A DNA stretch of 64,000 nt from Clostridia bacterium (GCA_017622085.1 JAGARU010000097.1:23956-87955); one strand, 5' to 3'. Counted from the stretch's first letter, positions 47,568 to 57,254 are shown. A program made the numbers and translations. The notes: generated by a model not told the origin, from the sequence alone.

Positions 47568-48407
47568 ATGCTGACGTACGGAAAGGAAAATGGGGCAATC
47601 GGCTCGATGCTCCGGGATAAAAAGCTTTATATTTTTGACATGGACGGAACGATCTACCTGGGTGCCCGCGTATTTCCCTACGCGGTGTCCTTCATTAACC
47701 GCCTGCGGGCCAGCGGCCGCCGGGTGCTGTTCTTTACGAATAACGCATCCCACGACCCGATCTTTTATTACGAAAAGCTCGCAAAAATGGGCTTTGATCC
47801 CCGACCCGGCGAGGTTATGACTGCCGGAGACGTAACCATTGAGTTCCTTCTCCGTCACCGCCCGGGCAAAAGCGTGTACCTTGTGGGCACGGAGCAGCTC
47901 CATCGCTCCTTCTGTGCGCGCGGTATTCAGCCCCTCCCCATGGGCGCTAAGGAGGCCGATATCGTGGTCAGCAGCTTTGATACCTCGCTTACCTATGAAA
48001 AGCTCAACGACGCCTGCCGCCTGATCCGGAACGGCGCCGAATACCTTTGCACCCACCCGGACTTCAATTGCCCCACCGAGGACGGCTTTATTCCCGACAG
48101 CGGTGCCATCGCCGCTCTGATCACCGCCTCCACCGGCAAGGAGCCCCGCTATTTCGGTAAGCCCCACCGCTTCACGGTAGAGATGATCGCCGAGGCTACG
48201 GGAATGTCCTTTGACGATATGTGCATTTTTGGCGACCGGCTCTATACGGATATTGCCGTTGGCCGACGTCACGGAATTTCCGCCATTCTCGTCCTCAGCG
48301 GCGAGACCGATGAGGCCGCCCTTGCTGCCTGTGCTGAGGCCGACCGCCCCGATGCCGTCTTGCCCTCCCTTGCTGAGGCCGACGAGCTTCTGTTCGATGT
48401 TAAATGA
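47568..48407 (+). CDS. HAD-IIA family hydrolase (NagD-like phosphatase)
   Basis: YIFDMDGTIYLG motif I, FFTNNAS, and GDRLYTDI motif IV. Confidence 0.85.
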   Translation: MLTYGKENGAIGSMLRDKKLYIFDMDGTIYLGARVFPYAVSFINRLRASGRRVLFFTNNASHDPIFYYEKLAKMGFDPRPGEVMTAGDVTIEFLLRHRPGKSVYLVGTEQLHRSFCARGIQPLPMGAKEADIVVSSFDTSLTYEKLNDACRLIRNGAEYLCTHPDFNCPTEDGFIPDSGAIAALITASTGKEPRYFGKPHRFTVEMIAEATGMSFDDMCIFGDRLYTDIAVGRRHGISAILVLSGETDEAALAACAEADRPDAVLPSLAEADELLFDVK

Positions 48408-48428
48408 CAATTTGCGGAGGAAGATAAA

Positions 48429-49067
48429 ATGAGAAAGAGAATTGGTTCCTTGCTTCTGCTGATTGCTCTTCTATCCATGTGCGTGTTCGGAAGCGGTTGT
48501 ACGGTTCTTAGCTGCTCCCACTGCGTCGATGCGTCCTTTTGGGACTGCATTGCCTGTGTAGTGGAGGCTCCCGGCTGTGTAAACGGTGTTTGCTGGGATT
48601 CCATGTTCGGCTATCGGGACGAATGCGTTGAGTGTATGAGCATTGCGCCCTGGTATATGTGCGGAGGCTGTATCCGCACCTGCGGCAACGATGACTGCAT
48701 GATGTGCACCAACGTTTCCGAGGATATGGAAGTGTTAAGCGAAGAGGATTATGCGGTGGAGTTTGTCCTTGACAAGCGCGACGCAGATTATCTGGATTCT
48801 TACTACGTAATTAACGTAAAGATCCTCGTCAGAGCCTACGTGCCGCTGAAGGACGTGGTCGTCCGCTTCCGCCTGACCGACTCCAACGGAAACCGCCTGA
48901 ACGATGCCTATTTGTACATTGCGGAAGAGGTCGAGGTTGGCTCCAACAATCGAAAGTCCGCGGAGGCCTCCTTCTTCTTTGCCTATGAAACCAAAGAACA
49001 GCGGTTTGAAAACCGAGAGGACTATACCGTAGAGGCAGACGTAATCGCCGTGTACGGCCGATCTTGA
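48429..49067 (+). CDS. secreted or lipid-anchored protein with a 14-Cys, five-CxxC N-terminal module
   Basis: Signal peptide MRKRIGSLLLLIALLSMCVFGSGC with possible lipoboxes LSMC/GSGC. CSHC, CIAC, CVEC, CGGC and CMMC occur within ~72 aa. A beta-rich C-terminal domain follows. Confidence 0.6.
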   Translation: MRKRIGSLLLLIALLSMCVFGSGCTVLSCSHCVDASFWDCIACVVEAPGCVNGVCWDSMFGYRDECVECMSIAPWYMCGGCIRTCGNDDCMMCTNVSEDMEVLSEEDYAVEFVLDKRDADYLDSYYVINVKILVRAYVPLKDVVVRFRLTDSNGNRLNDAYLYIAEEVEVGSNNRKSAEASFFFAYETKEQRFENREDYTVEADVIAVYGRS

Positions 49068-49074
49068 TCGAATC

Positions 49075-49911
49075 ATGCTGCAACGAATTGAAATAGGACC
49101 GTTGTCCATTCCTTCCTATGCTTTGATGGTTTTTCTGGGTGGCACCGCTTTTCTGATTTTTTCTTTGATCGTTCTGATCAAACTTGAGCATAAGAGCCGC
49201 GACGTAGTTATGCAAACGCTTCTGACCGCATTGCTTTCCTTCGGCGTTATGTTTCTGTCCGCCTATTTTTTCAATGCACTTTTCCACTCGCTTAAGGCGG
49301 GTCGTCTTGTGGTGGGCGGCATCACTTGGGAGGGCGGTGTTATTGGAGGATTCGCAGCATTTCTCCTTTTGGCGCATTTTCTTGTAAAGCGCGAGCGCGG
49401 CAGGGAGCTTGAACTGTTTTCGCTTGTCATGCCCGGCGTGGTTTTGGCACACGCGCTGGGGCGGGTCGGATGCTTTCTTGGCGGATGTTGCTTTGGCCGT
49501 ATTACGGAAGGCCCCTTGGGCGTGGTATTTCCTGCCGGAACGGCTGCGGCGGACCAATATCCCAACACCCTGACAGGAGAGGGAAGCTTCCCGGTGCTTC
49601 CCACACAGCTGTTTGAAGCAATTTTTGAGTTGGCCTTGTTCACGGTGATGCTGTGCACTTACCGAAAGCTTAAGCATAAAAATCTGGCCGTTTATCTCAT
49701 TTTTTACAGCGTTTTTCGCTTTGTTCTGGAGTTTTGGCGCGGAGATAACCGAGGAAGTACCGGCATTTTTCTTTCGCCATCTCAGCTTATGAGCTTGGTT
49801 CTTCTTGCCGCAGGCATCCTTGTGCTTCTTTTCCAAAGAAGACAAATGCATCACAGGAGGAATGCAGAGAACCATGCAAATGGATCGGACTTCCCCGATC
49901 CGCAAAAATAA
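49075..49911 (+). CDS. lgt: prolipoprotein diacylglyceryl transferase
   Basis: GGITWEGGVIGG ... HALGRVGCFLGGCCFG ... PTQLFEA. Confidence 0.9.
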   Translation: MLQRIEIGPLSIPSYALMVFLGGTAFLIFSLIVLIKLEHKSRDVVMQTLLTALLSFGVMFLSAYFFNALFHSLKAGRLVVGGITWEGGVIGGFAAFLLLAHFLVKRERGRELELFSLVMPGVVLAHALGRVGCFLGGCCFGRITEGPLGVVFPAGTAAADQYPNTLTGEGSFPVLPTQLFEAIFELALFTVMLCTYRKLKHKNLAVYLIFYSVFRFVLEFWRGDNRGSTGIFLSPSQLMSLVLLAAGILVLLFQRRQMHHRRNAENHANGSDFPDPQK

Positions 49912-49949
49912 TTGTAATAAAAACGAGTGTTTCTGTGCAGATTACCCGA

Positions 49950-49978
49950 TTGACAGATAGCGCGAAATGTGATATTAT
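49950..49978 (+). promoter_or_regulatory. sigma-A type promoter (extended -10) of guaB
   Basis: TTGACA (49950-49955), 17-nt spacer ending in TGA, TATTAT (49973-49978). Confidence 0.7.
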
Positions 49979-50021
49979 ATTAGGTAACAATTCATTACAT
50001 AACTAACAGGGAGTAACGACA

Positions 50022-51527
50022 ATGGCTTTTTATTACGATGAACCTTCTCATACCTTTGCGGAGTATTTGCTGGTCCCCGGTTATTCCGATTCCACCCATA
50101 TTCCTGCCAATGTATCCTTGAAGACCCCTCTCGTTAAGTACAGAAAGGGTGAAGAAGAGCCCGCACTTTCTATGAACATTCCTTTGGTATCCGCTATCAT
50201 GCAGGCCGTTTCGGATGACAAAATGGCCATTGCTTTGGCAAAGGAGGGCGGCGTATCCTTCATTTACGGCTCTCAGACCATTGAGAACGAGGCAAACATG
50301 GTTCGCCGTGTTAAGAACTACAAGGCAGGCTTTGTCACCTCCGCCTCCAACATCCGCCCCGACCAGACTCTGGCGGACGTTATTGCGCTGAAGGAAAAGC
50401 TTGGCTTCTCCACCATTGCCGTTACCGATGACGGTACGGCCAACGGTAAGCTCCTCGGTATTGTCACCAGCCGTGACTACCGTGTCAGCCGCATGAGCCT
50501 TGACGAAAAGGTTTCCACCTTCATGACTCCCTTAGAAAAGCTGGTAACTGCTCCCGAGGGAACCTCCCTTAAGGAAGCCAACAATATTATTTGGGACCAC
50601 AAGCTCAATTCTCTCCCCATTGTCAGCAAGGAGGGTAACCTGGTTGCCTTCGTATTCCGCAAGGACTACGATCAGCATAAGGAAAACCCCACCGAGCTTC
50701 TCGATAAGGATAAGAGATACGTAGTAGGCGCCGGTATCAATACCCGCGACTACGAGGAGCGCGTTCCCGCTCTGGTAGAGGCCGGTGCTGATGTGCTTTG
50801 CATCGACTCAAGCGAAGGCTTTACCGAGTGGCAGTCCCGCACCATCAGCTGGATCCGTTCCAAGTACGGCGACACCGTTAAGGTTGGCGCCGGTAACGTG
50901 GTAGACCGCGATGGCTTCCGTTTCCTCGCCGAGGCAGGCGCTGATTTCATTAAGATCGGTATCGGCGGCGGCTCCATCTGTATCACCCGTGAGACCAAGG
51001 GTATCGGCCGCGGACAGGCTACCGCAGTCATCGAGGTTGCCAAGGCAAGAGACGAGTACTTCAAGGAGACCGGCGTTTACGTGCCGATTTGCTCCGACGG
51101 CGGTATCGTTCTTGACTACCATATCACCCTTGCACTTGCCATGGGTTGTGATTTCTGTATGCTGGGTCGTTACTTCTCCCGCTTTGACGAGAGCCCCACA
51201 AACAAGGTTATGGTAAACGGCAGCTACATGAAGGAATATTGGGGCGAGGGAAGTGCCCGTGCCCGCAACTGGCAGAGATACGATATGGGCGGCGCGTCCA
51301 AGCTCTCCTTCGTTGAGGGAGTTGACTGCTACGTTCCCTATGCCGGATCCCTTCACGATAACCTGGCTGTAACTCTCAGCAAGGTTCGTCATACCATGTG
51401 CAACTGCGGCTCTCTCACCATCGAGGAGCTCCAGCAGAAGGCGAAGCTGACCCTTGTCAGCGCCGTGTCCATCGTAGAAGGTGGCGCACACGACGTTCTC
51501 GTTAAGGATAACACCAACCATCAGTAA
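50022..51527 (+). CDS. guaB: IMP dehydrogenase
   Basis: LVPGYS ... [13 protein letters not shown] ... CBS pair ... [12 protein letters not shown] catalytic loop. Confidence 0.9.
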   Translation: MAFYYDEPSHTFAEYLLVPGYSDSTHIPANVSLKTPLVKYRKGEEEPALSMNIPLVSAIMQAVSDDKMAIALAKEGGVSFIYGSQTIENEANMVRRVKNYKAGFVTSASNIRPDQTLADVIALKEKLGFSTIAVTDDGTANGKLLGIVTSRDYRVSRMSLDEKVSTFMTPLEKLVTAPEGTSLKEANNIIWDHKLNSLPIVSKEGNLVAFVFRKDYDQHKENPTELLDKDKRYVVGAGINTRDYEERVPALVEAGADVLCIDSSEGFTEWQSRTISWIRSKYGDTVKVGAGNVVDRDGFRFLAEAGADFIKIGIGGGSICITRETKGIGRGQATAVIEVAKARDEYFKETGVYVPICSDGGIVLDYHITLALAMGCDFCMLGRYFSRFDESPTNKVMVNGSYMKEYWGEGSARARNWQRYDMGGASKLSFVEGVDCYVPYAGSLHDNLAVTLSKVRHTMCNCGSLTIEELQQKAKLTLVSAVSIVEGGAHDVLVKDNTNHQ

Positions 51528-51543
51528 TTTCATATCTGCAATG

Positions 51544-51592
51544 AAACCCATCGCGGAGCCGATATCCGGCCCTTGCGATGGGTTTTCTTTCA
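51544..51592 (+). terminator. terminator after guaB
   Basis: AAACCCATCGC / GCGATGGGTTT stem with a large loop, followed by TTTCTTTC. Confidence 0.6.
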
Positions 51593-51717
51593 TTTCAATG
51601 AATTGAGGGGAATGATCCGCTCCTTTTCTCTTGCAAAATTTCTTCAACTATGCTAAACTATAAAAAACGGTACTGCGAGCAAACGCCCGCAAACAAAAAT
51701 AAGAAAAGGTGACGGAT

Positions 51718-53247
51718 ATGAAAAAGAACTATCTCGGCATTGAACTCGGCTCTACCCGCATCAAGGCAGTAGCCATTGACGAAACCCACGCAACCGCATC
51801 CTCCGGTGACTATACCTGGAAGAGCACCTACGAAAACGGAATCTGGACCTACGACCTCGGCGAGGTGTGGACTGGCCTGAAAGCCGCCCTGAGCGGTGTT
51901 TCCGATCGGGAATCCGTTTCCGCTATGGGCGTTTCCGCTATGATGCACGGCTATCTCGCCTTCGACAAGGATTGGAACCTGCTGGTACCCTTCCGCACCT
52001 GGCAGAACACCATTACAGGCCAAGCTGCCGCCGAGCTGACGGAGCTCCTCGGCTTTAACATCCCCCAGCGCTGGAGCATTGCCCACCTCTATCAGGCCGT
52101 GCTGAACGGGGAAGAGCACATTTCCAAAATCGCCCATATCACCACCTTGGCCGGCTACGTGCACTATATGCTCACCGGCGTCAACGCCATCGGCGTGGGC
52201 GAGGCCTCCGGTATGTTCCCCATCGACAGTGAAACACTGGGCTACGACGCGGCTATGATCGAAACATTCAACTCCCTCGTTGCTCCCCGCAACCTGCCTT
52301 GGCAGCTGATCGACATTCTTCCCGCCGTGCTTCCTGCAGGCGCTCAGGCCGGTACACTTACGGAAAGCGGCGCCGCCATGCTGGATCATCTTCTCACGCC
52401 CGGCATTCCCTTCGCTCCCGCCGAGGGTGACGCCGGCACCGGTATGACAGCCACCAACGCCGTTGCCCCCCGAACCGGCAACGTGTCCGCCGGCACCTCC
52501 ATCTTCTCGATGATCGTTTTGGAAAAGCCCCTTGCTAAGGTTTATGAGGAGATCGACCTCGTAACCACTCCCACCGGTAAGCCCGTTGCCATGGTGCATT
52601 GCAATAACTGCACCAATGATATCAATGCTTGGGTTTCCGTTATCGGCGAGATCGCAGGCCTCTACGGCGCAAGCCCCACAAAGCCCGAGCTTTACGATAA
52701 CCTTTACTATAAATCCCTCGAGGGCGACCCCGATTGCGGCGGTATCCTCGTTTGCAACTATATGGCAGGTGAGGGCGTAACCCACATGGACGCAGGACGT
52801 CCCATGGTGCTTCGCCGTCCCGACAGTAAATTCACCCTCGCCAACTTCTTCCGCGCTCAGCTCTATTCCACCATGTCCACCTTGAAGCTTGGTATGGATA
52901 TCCTGGCGGAGGAGAAGGTTGCCATCGATAGCCTGACCGGACACGGCGGCCTCTTCAAGACCCCCGGCGTTGGCCAGAGATATATGGCGGCGGCTTGCAA
53001 CGCCCCCGTTACCTGCATGGAGACCGCCGGTGAAGGCGGCCCCTACGGCATGGCCCTCCTTGCGGCATATATGATGAATAAGTCTGAGGGCGAAACGCTG
53101 GAGGCGTACCTGAACGCCAAGGTCTTTGCCAGCGCCAAGAGCACCACCCTTGCACCCGACCCCGTCGAGGTCTCCGGCTTCAATACCTACATCGCAGAGT
53201 ACAAAAAGATGCTCGCCGTAGAAAAATTGGCCGTTGAGTCCATCTGA
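51718..53247 (+). CDS. FGGY-family carbohydrate kinase (xylulokinase-like)
   Basis: [17 protein letters not shown] ... GDAGTGM ... GHGGLFK; ~510 aa. AAGGTGA RBS precedes ATG 51718. Confidence 0.8.
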   Translation: MKKNYLGIELGSTRIKAVAIDETHATASSGDYTWKSTYENGIWTYDLGEVWTGLKAALSGVSDRESVSAMGVSAMMHGYLAFDKDWNLLVPFRTWQNTITGQAAAELTELLGFNIPQRWSIAHLYQAVLNGEEHISKIAHITTLAGYVHYMLTGVNAIGVGEASGMFPIDSETLGYDAAMIETFNSLVAPRNLPWQLIDILPAVLPAGAQAGTLTESGAAMLDHLLTPGIPFAPAEGDAGTGMTATNAVAPRTGNVSAGTSIFSMIVLEKPLAKVYEEIDLVTTPTGKPVAMVHCNNCTNDINAWVSVIGEIAGLYGASPTKPELYDNLYYKSLEGDPDCGGILVCNYMAGEGVTHMDAGRPMVLRRPDSKFTLANFFRAQLYSTMSTLKLGMDILAEEKVAIDSLTGHGGLFKTPGVGQRYMAAACNAPVTCMETAGEGGPYGMALLAAYMMNKSEGETLEAYLNAKVFASAKSTTLAPDPVEVSGFNTYIAEYKKMLAVEKLAVESI

Positions 53248-53268
53248 TCAGCTGTCCTATAAACAATT

Positions 53269-53309
53269 CATCGCAAGAGCAGTTTTTGCTCTTGCGATGT
53301 TTTTTTTTG
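53269..53309 (+). terminator. rho-independent terminator of the kinase gene; left edge of the accessory island
   Basis: CATCGCAAGAGC / GCTCTTGCGATG stem followed by T9. Confidence 0.85.
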
Positions 53310-53312
53310 CAG

Positions 53313-53654
53313 TTATGGGCAGTCCGACTCGCATCTTATAACCGTGCAGGGCTTTCCGCACATTTCGGCATACTTTATGACCCATTGGGTTCCTTTTGAT
53401 TTTCCATCCCAAAAAGCAAGGATATGATCGGCATAATCTACGATTTGCCGGTTGCGAACAATGGGTGCACCGCGTCCGTAGCGTTTGTATTCCGGCATAA
53501 ATTCTTTTAGCGGAATGTTGTGCTCCTTCGCATACTTGGCGGCGTATGCATCAACCCCTTTTGCACCGCCCGAAACAATTTCATCGCAGTCCGCAAGGTA
53601 TTCGGCAAGATTCGTTGGCACGGTGCCCCTTGACCCAATGATGGCAATTCTCAT
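53313..53654 (-). CDS. SLOG-fold protein (DUF2493/YspA-like)
   Basis: MRIAIIGSRG ... IVSGGAKGVDAYAAKYA ... PIVRNRQIVDYADHILAFWDGKSKGT. Confidence 0.65.
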   Translation of the reverse strand: MRIAIIGSRGTVPTNLAEYLADCDEIVSGGAKGVDAYAAKYAKEHNIPLKEFMPEYKRYGRGAPIVRNRQIVDYADHILAFWDGKSKGTQWVIKYAEMCGKPCTVIRCESDCP

Positions 53655-53681
53655 ACAATGACCCTCTCACAAAATTTAGTG

Positions 53682-53750
53682 TACTTAATGTAAGTATACT
53701 AACGCCATTGTACCACAAAATAATCTTAAAATATACTTAAATCAAGATTA
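53682..53750. promoter_or_regulatory. palindromic candidate operators in the SLOG/RHH divergent region
   Basis: TACTTA-ATG-TAAGTA (53682-53696). TAATCTT-N16-AAGATTA (53721-53750). The TACTTAA half-site recurs at 53734-53740. Confidence 0.45.
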
Positions 53751-53762
53751 TTGAGGGAAACT

Positions 53763-53951
53763 ATGAGAAATAAGAACAACAAACATTTTGGCATTGAGGT
53801 CCCGCCGGAACTGCATTATAAATTACATTATATTGCCAAATATTATGGACGTTCGGCCAACGGCCAGATTTTGTACCTCATTCGGCAAGCGATCAAAGAG
53901 TTTGAGACGACCGAGGGTGAGATTGAGATCCCCGCAAATAAAGAACAATGA
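53763..53951 (+). CDS. ribbon-helix-helix (Arc/CopG-like) DNA-binding protein
   Basis: HFGIEVPPELHYKLHYIAKYYGRSANGQILYLIRQAIKEFE fits a beta-strand/helix/helix layout. 62 aa. Confidence 0.6.
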   Translation: MRNKNNKHFGIEVPPELHYKLHYIAKYYGRSANGQILYLIRQAIKEFETTEGEIEIPANKEQ

Positions 53952-53953
53952 TT

Positions 53954-53983
53954 AAAAAAGCTCCCAATTGCGCATTGGGAGCT
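53954..53983 (-). terminator. terminator of the reverse-strand five-gene operon
   Basis: AGCTCCCAAT / ATTGGGAGCT stem. The T-tract is on the reverse strand (A6 at 53954-59 on +). Confidence 0.6.
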
Positions 53984-54056
53984 GTCACCGCAGGTGACGG
54001 AGCGATTTTTCTTGAAATGTATGCTTTACAATCCTTCCGTCAGCCTTCGGCTGCCA

Positions 54057-54085
54057 CCTCCCTTTACACAAGGGAGGCTTTTTTA
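54057..54085 (+). terminator. plus-strand terminator-like hairpin
   Basis: CCTCCCTT / AAGGGAGG stem followed by CTTTTTT. Confidence 0.5.
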
Positions 54086-54123
54086 TTCAACACATTTTAT
54101 TGGAAAGGCTCGCATTGATGCGT

Positions 54124-54456
54124 TTAAGCTTCGGGCCTTGGACGGTTAGGTAGGGCCTTTCCGTCTTCATCCCGATTGATAGGCGATGCTTTGAGATGAA
54201 AATGGATGCTCTTACAGGGGCAGATCAAATTCATTTCATGCGGTTCCTTCGATCCCCGGTACGTGAAATTTCCGCCGCACCGAATAACCTCACACCAGGT
54301 ATATACCTGTGTCATTACTCTGGGGCACATTCCCTCCGGGCATGCATATGTAAATGTAAATTTGTCACCCTTCTCTAAGCCGAGCCTGCAATTTCCGGCC
54401 TTGCCGTCGATGACTGTCAGCTCAAAGCCCCAATCTTCCACAATCCATTTTTTCAT
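54124..54456 (-). CDS. TIGR04076-like small Cys-rich protein
   Basis: GNCRLGLEKGDKFTF..ACPEGMCPRVM...WCEVIRCGG...LICPCKSIHFHLKA; 7 Cys. Confidence 0.55.
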   Translation of the reverse strand: MKKWIVEDWGFELTVIDGKAGNCRLGLEKGDKFTFTYACPEGMCPRVMTQVYTWCEVIRCGGNFTYRGSKEPHEMNLICPCKSIHFHLKASPINRDEDGKALPNRPRPEA

Positions 54457-54477
54457 ATCGAATCCCCCGTTGCTATA

Positions 54478-55398
54478 TCATTGCTTGAATTCTCTCAGAA
54501 ACCTCAGATTTTTAATACAAAAATCGGCCTTCCACCAGATTTTTGAGGTTTCAAATTCCGGATAGTCCGTCCACCATTGCCACAGAACATCGAAGGATCC
54601 GTCCGGCAATTGGTGGCTTAAAATGCGGGCACATTCCTTTTCCACCAGCTCTTGGTTGTCCTTGTAGAAAATACTGTCGCGCGTTTCAATAAAATTTGAG
54701 GGCATGCACACGTACTCGGTGTCCCATTTCTCGGCAACACCGTTCAGCTCGTATTGTACTTGCTCCATAAGCCGTTGCTTGAAGATGCTCATGTCTGTGA
54801 TTGCAATACTTGCCTCTGTGCAGTATTCATACAGCCGTATAAAGCAAGAGGTCACGTGCTGCTCTGCGTACGGCCGACTGGCAACCCAAAATTTGTAGGC
54901 CTCCTGTGCGATCTGCATTGCCATGCCGTAGAAGGAGCTTTGCCTGTCACCGTATCGGAGAAAGAACCCGGCAAGGCAAGCGGTAGGATTGTATTTGAAC
55001 TCTACCTCGCCTTCCTTGTACGTCCACCAAATAGCGTGGGGATAATCGTTGTTGCTGGGTACGGTGTTCAGCCATTGACGTTTCTCTGCGTCAAAATGCA
55101 TGCCCGACGCTAAATAGCGCAAAATGCCTTGGATCATTGGGTGGGAGCTGTCCGTACAGCCAATCTCACGCAAAAGTTCCGTTGCCGCCCACGTCTGAAT
55201 GGGCGAGGAGTTGGGATTGAAGCAATCTGCCTCAAGGCCATGCCCAAAGCCTCCATCCTCGTTTTGGTAACGTGCCAGCTCGGCCAGAACCGCGTCTTTT
55301 GTTCCATTTTCAAAGTGGTATTGCCAGCGTGCCAAGTCAAGCGGCCGTGCATTCCGACGAATAAAGTCTTTGGCCTTTTCTTCCGATCGAGTAATCAT
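54478..55398 (-). CDS. alpha/alpha-toroid (prenyltransferase/terpene-cyclase-like QW repeat) protein
   Basis: LARYQNEDGGFGHG and LSHQLPDGSFD QW-like motifs in a Trp-rich helical protein of 306 aa. Confidence 0.5.
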   Translation of the reverse strand: MITRSEEKAKDFIRRNARPLDLARWQYHFENGTKDAVLAELARYQNEDGGFGHGLEADCFNPNSSPIQTWAATELLREIGCTDSSHPMIQGILRYLASGMHFDAEKRQWLNTVPSNNDYPHAIWWTYKEGEVEFKYNPTACLAGFFLRYGDRQSSFYGMAMQIAQEAYKFWVASRPYAEQHVTSCFIRLYEYCTEASIAITDMSIFKQRLMEQVQYELNGVAEKWDTEYVCMPSNFIETRDSIFYKDNQELVEKECARILSHQLPDGSFDVLWQWWTDYPEFETSKIWWKADFCIKNLRFLREFKQ

Positions 55399-55910
55399 GC
55401 GAGTCCTCCTTGGCCATTTAAAATATCGTTTTTCCGTATTTCCACCATCCGCATCATGAAGGGAAGGTCCCTTTCCTTCGGATTATCAAAACGGAAGGTG
55501 CAGTTGCATACGTTGTCAAAGGAACGGCCGAGAATCACCCGCGTCCGTCCGCCGCCGCAAGCACCGCAAAAGCCGCAGTAGTCGATGCTTGCGTGACCGA
55601 TGCGGATCAGCGCATCGTCCATCCCATGGGTCTTGGCCCAATCGGTGTTACCGTCATCGCACCACACCGTCCAAAGATTTTGTGGCTCCTCCGGGTCTTT
55701 GATCGCAAGAAATCCTACGCAAGCATCTCCACATTTCAGCCAGTAGTAGATTTTGTCCCGCCAGCAGGGGCAGTTGTCCTTGTAAAATTCGATGCCGATT
55801 TCCCGTAAGAAGGACACAAACTCGGTCGCAACTGCTTTGGCCGCTCCGTCAAGATTTTCGTCTATGTATGCTTCAATTTGTTTTTCCAATTTCAGTACCC
55901 TCGCTTTCAC
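55395..55910 (-). CDS. hypothetical Cys-rich protein (10 Cys; CPC, CGDAC, CGFCGAC, CNC)
   Basis: ORF with a GTG start. It overlaps the downstream gene by 4 nt and the upstream small ORF by 38 nt. No family recognised. Confidence 0.5.
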   Translation of the reverse strand: MKARVLKLEKQIEAYIDENLDGAAKAVATEFVSFLREIGIEFYKDNCPCWRDKIYYWLKCGDACVGFLAIKDPEEPQNLWTVWCDDGNTDWAKTHGMDDALIRIGHASIDYCGFCGACGGGRTRVILGRSFDNVCNCTFRFDNPKERDLPFMMRMVEIRKNDILNGQGGLA

Positions 55911-56163
55911 TTTTTGGTGTTATCACCCGATCCATATCCTCTTGCGCCAGCACGGAAAGATTCTCATAGGGATAGCTGCACAAAACGCTGTCCAAATACT
56001 GGACTCCGCAAAAATATTTGCAGATCGAGGTGTCCTTGACGGCGCATTTGTGCTCGCTTGTCCCATCGGCCATGTTCCACGGGCATACGGAATTGCCCCA
56101 ATTTTTATTGCTGAAGTCAATGTCCATGTTCCCGCCAACTAATTTTTTGATTCTGTTATCCAT
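55873..56163 (-). CDS. hypothetical small Cys-rich protein (96 aa, 5 Cys)
   Basis: AAGGGGGG RBS precedes ATG 56163, 13 nt after the kinase stop. No family recognised. Confidence 0.45.
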   Translation of the reverse strand: MDNRIKKLVGGNMDIDFSNKNWGNSVCPWNMADGTSEHKCAVKDTSICKYFCGVQYLDSVLCSYPYENLSVLAQEDMDRVITPKSESEGTEIGKTN

Positions 56164-56176
56164 AGGCCCCCCTTGA

Positions 56177-57208
56177 TTACCGTAACTCAAGCAGGCGCCG
56201 GGAGATTTCCTCCCCGTGCTCTTCTAAATAGCGGCACATTTCGGTGCGCCAAAGGGCAAAGCGCAAAAGCGCCTCCCGATCCTCCGACTCTCCCGACAGA
56301 TATTGCGCGAACCCGTACTTGCTTCGCGCCAATTGATAAAGATACACGTATGGCATGGCCGCCAGATCCTGCTCACTTAAAGAAAACTCCTCCATGTAGG
56401 CGCTTACGTACTGGCACAACTCCGACCAATCGATGGTGCAATCGCGCCGACACCGGACGGAGGACTGTACAAAGGAGCGCATGACCTCCCACACCGCGGG
56501 AAGCGTGCGTGCCGATGAAAAATCAATGACCGCCCGGATTCCATCCGCCCCGCAAATCACCTGGCACCCCTGATAATCGCCGTGGGTGGCACAGTACGTG
56601 ATGCCGTCGAAATATTTTGCGTAATCTCCACATCGGTAGGCCAACTCCTTTTTATATTGGAGCTCGGATAACAGCTGCAGCGTGTTGGGATCGTCCGCAC
56701 GCTCGCCGGCCAGCCGCATCATTCGGTCGTAGTGCGCCGCCGCGCCCTCGGCCGAGTAAGCCGCCAGCCATTCCGCGCCCATATCAACGGGCAGGGAATC
56801 ATCCTTCAGCACACGGTGCAAGCGACCCAGCATGCGCGCAAGCGCCGTCAAATGCTCCGGCGGAAAGCTCTCATAGCCGGAGGCCTCTCCTTCTACATAT
56901 TCCTGCAGACAAATAAGATGTCCCTCGTAAGTCAGATAGGGCTCGCCATCCTGCGTATGCAAAAACTGCGCGGTCGGGATGCCATTTTCCTTAAGATGGC
57001 AGACAAGCTCCGCCTCGCGGAGAAGATTTTCCCGGCTAAATCCGCTTTGGAACTCCTTCAAAAAGACCGTGCCGCTCTCTGTCTGAACCCGGTAGCAGTT
57101 GGCCGAGCCCAAAGGAAGCCGCTCTGCGCTACGCACCTGCAGACCGTAGTATTCTCCCAAAAGCGTGCGGATGATGTCCGCCGTTAAAACCGATTGCTCC
57201 AGTGCCAT
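56177..57208 (-). CDS. aminoglycoside-phosphotransferase (APH)/CotS/homoserine-kinase-II family kinase
   Basis: N-lobe LPLGSANCYRVQTESGTVFLKEF. Catalytic region THGDYQGCQVICGADGIRAVIDFSSA (HGD...N/Q...IDF). GGAGG RBS. Confidence 0.8.
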   Translation of the reverse strand: MALEQSVLTADIIRTLLGEYYGLQVRSAERLPLGSANCYRVQTESGTVFLKEFQSGFSRENLLREAELVCHLKENGIPTAQFLHTQDGEPYLTYEGHLICLQEYVEGEASGYESFPPEHLTALARMLGRLHRVLKDDSLPVDMGAEWLAAYSAEGAAAHYDRMMRLAGERADDPNTLQLLSELQYKKELAYRCGDYAKYFDGITYCATHGDYQGCQVICGADGIRAVIDFSSARTLPAVWEVMRSFVQSSVRCRRDCTIDWSELCQYVSAYMEEFSLSEQDLAAMPYVYLYQLARSKYGFAQYLSGESEDREALLRFALWRTEMCRYLEEHGEEISRRLLELR

Positions 57209-57221
57209 ACGTGCCTCCCTC

Positions 57222-57254
57222 GAATCAAAGTGCCCTCGGCGTGCGCCGAGGGCA
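57222..57254 (-). terminator. GC-rich hairpin with a weak U-tract (leaky terminator/attenuator) between repressor and kinase
   Basis: Reverse strand UGCCCUCGGC-GCAC-GCCGAGGGCA followed by CUUUGAUUC. Only 56 nt separate the two genes, leaving no room for a promoter. Confidence 0.5.
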
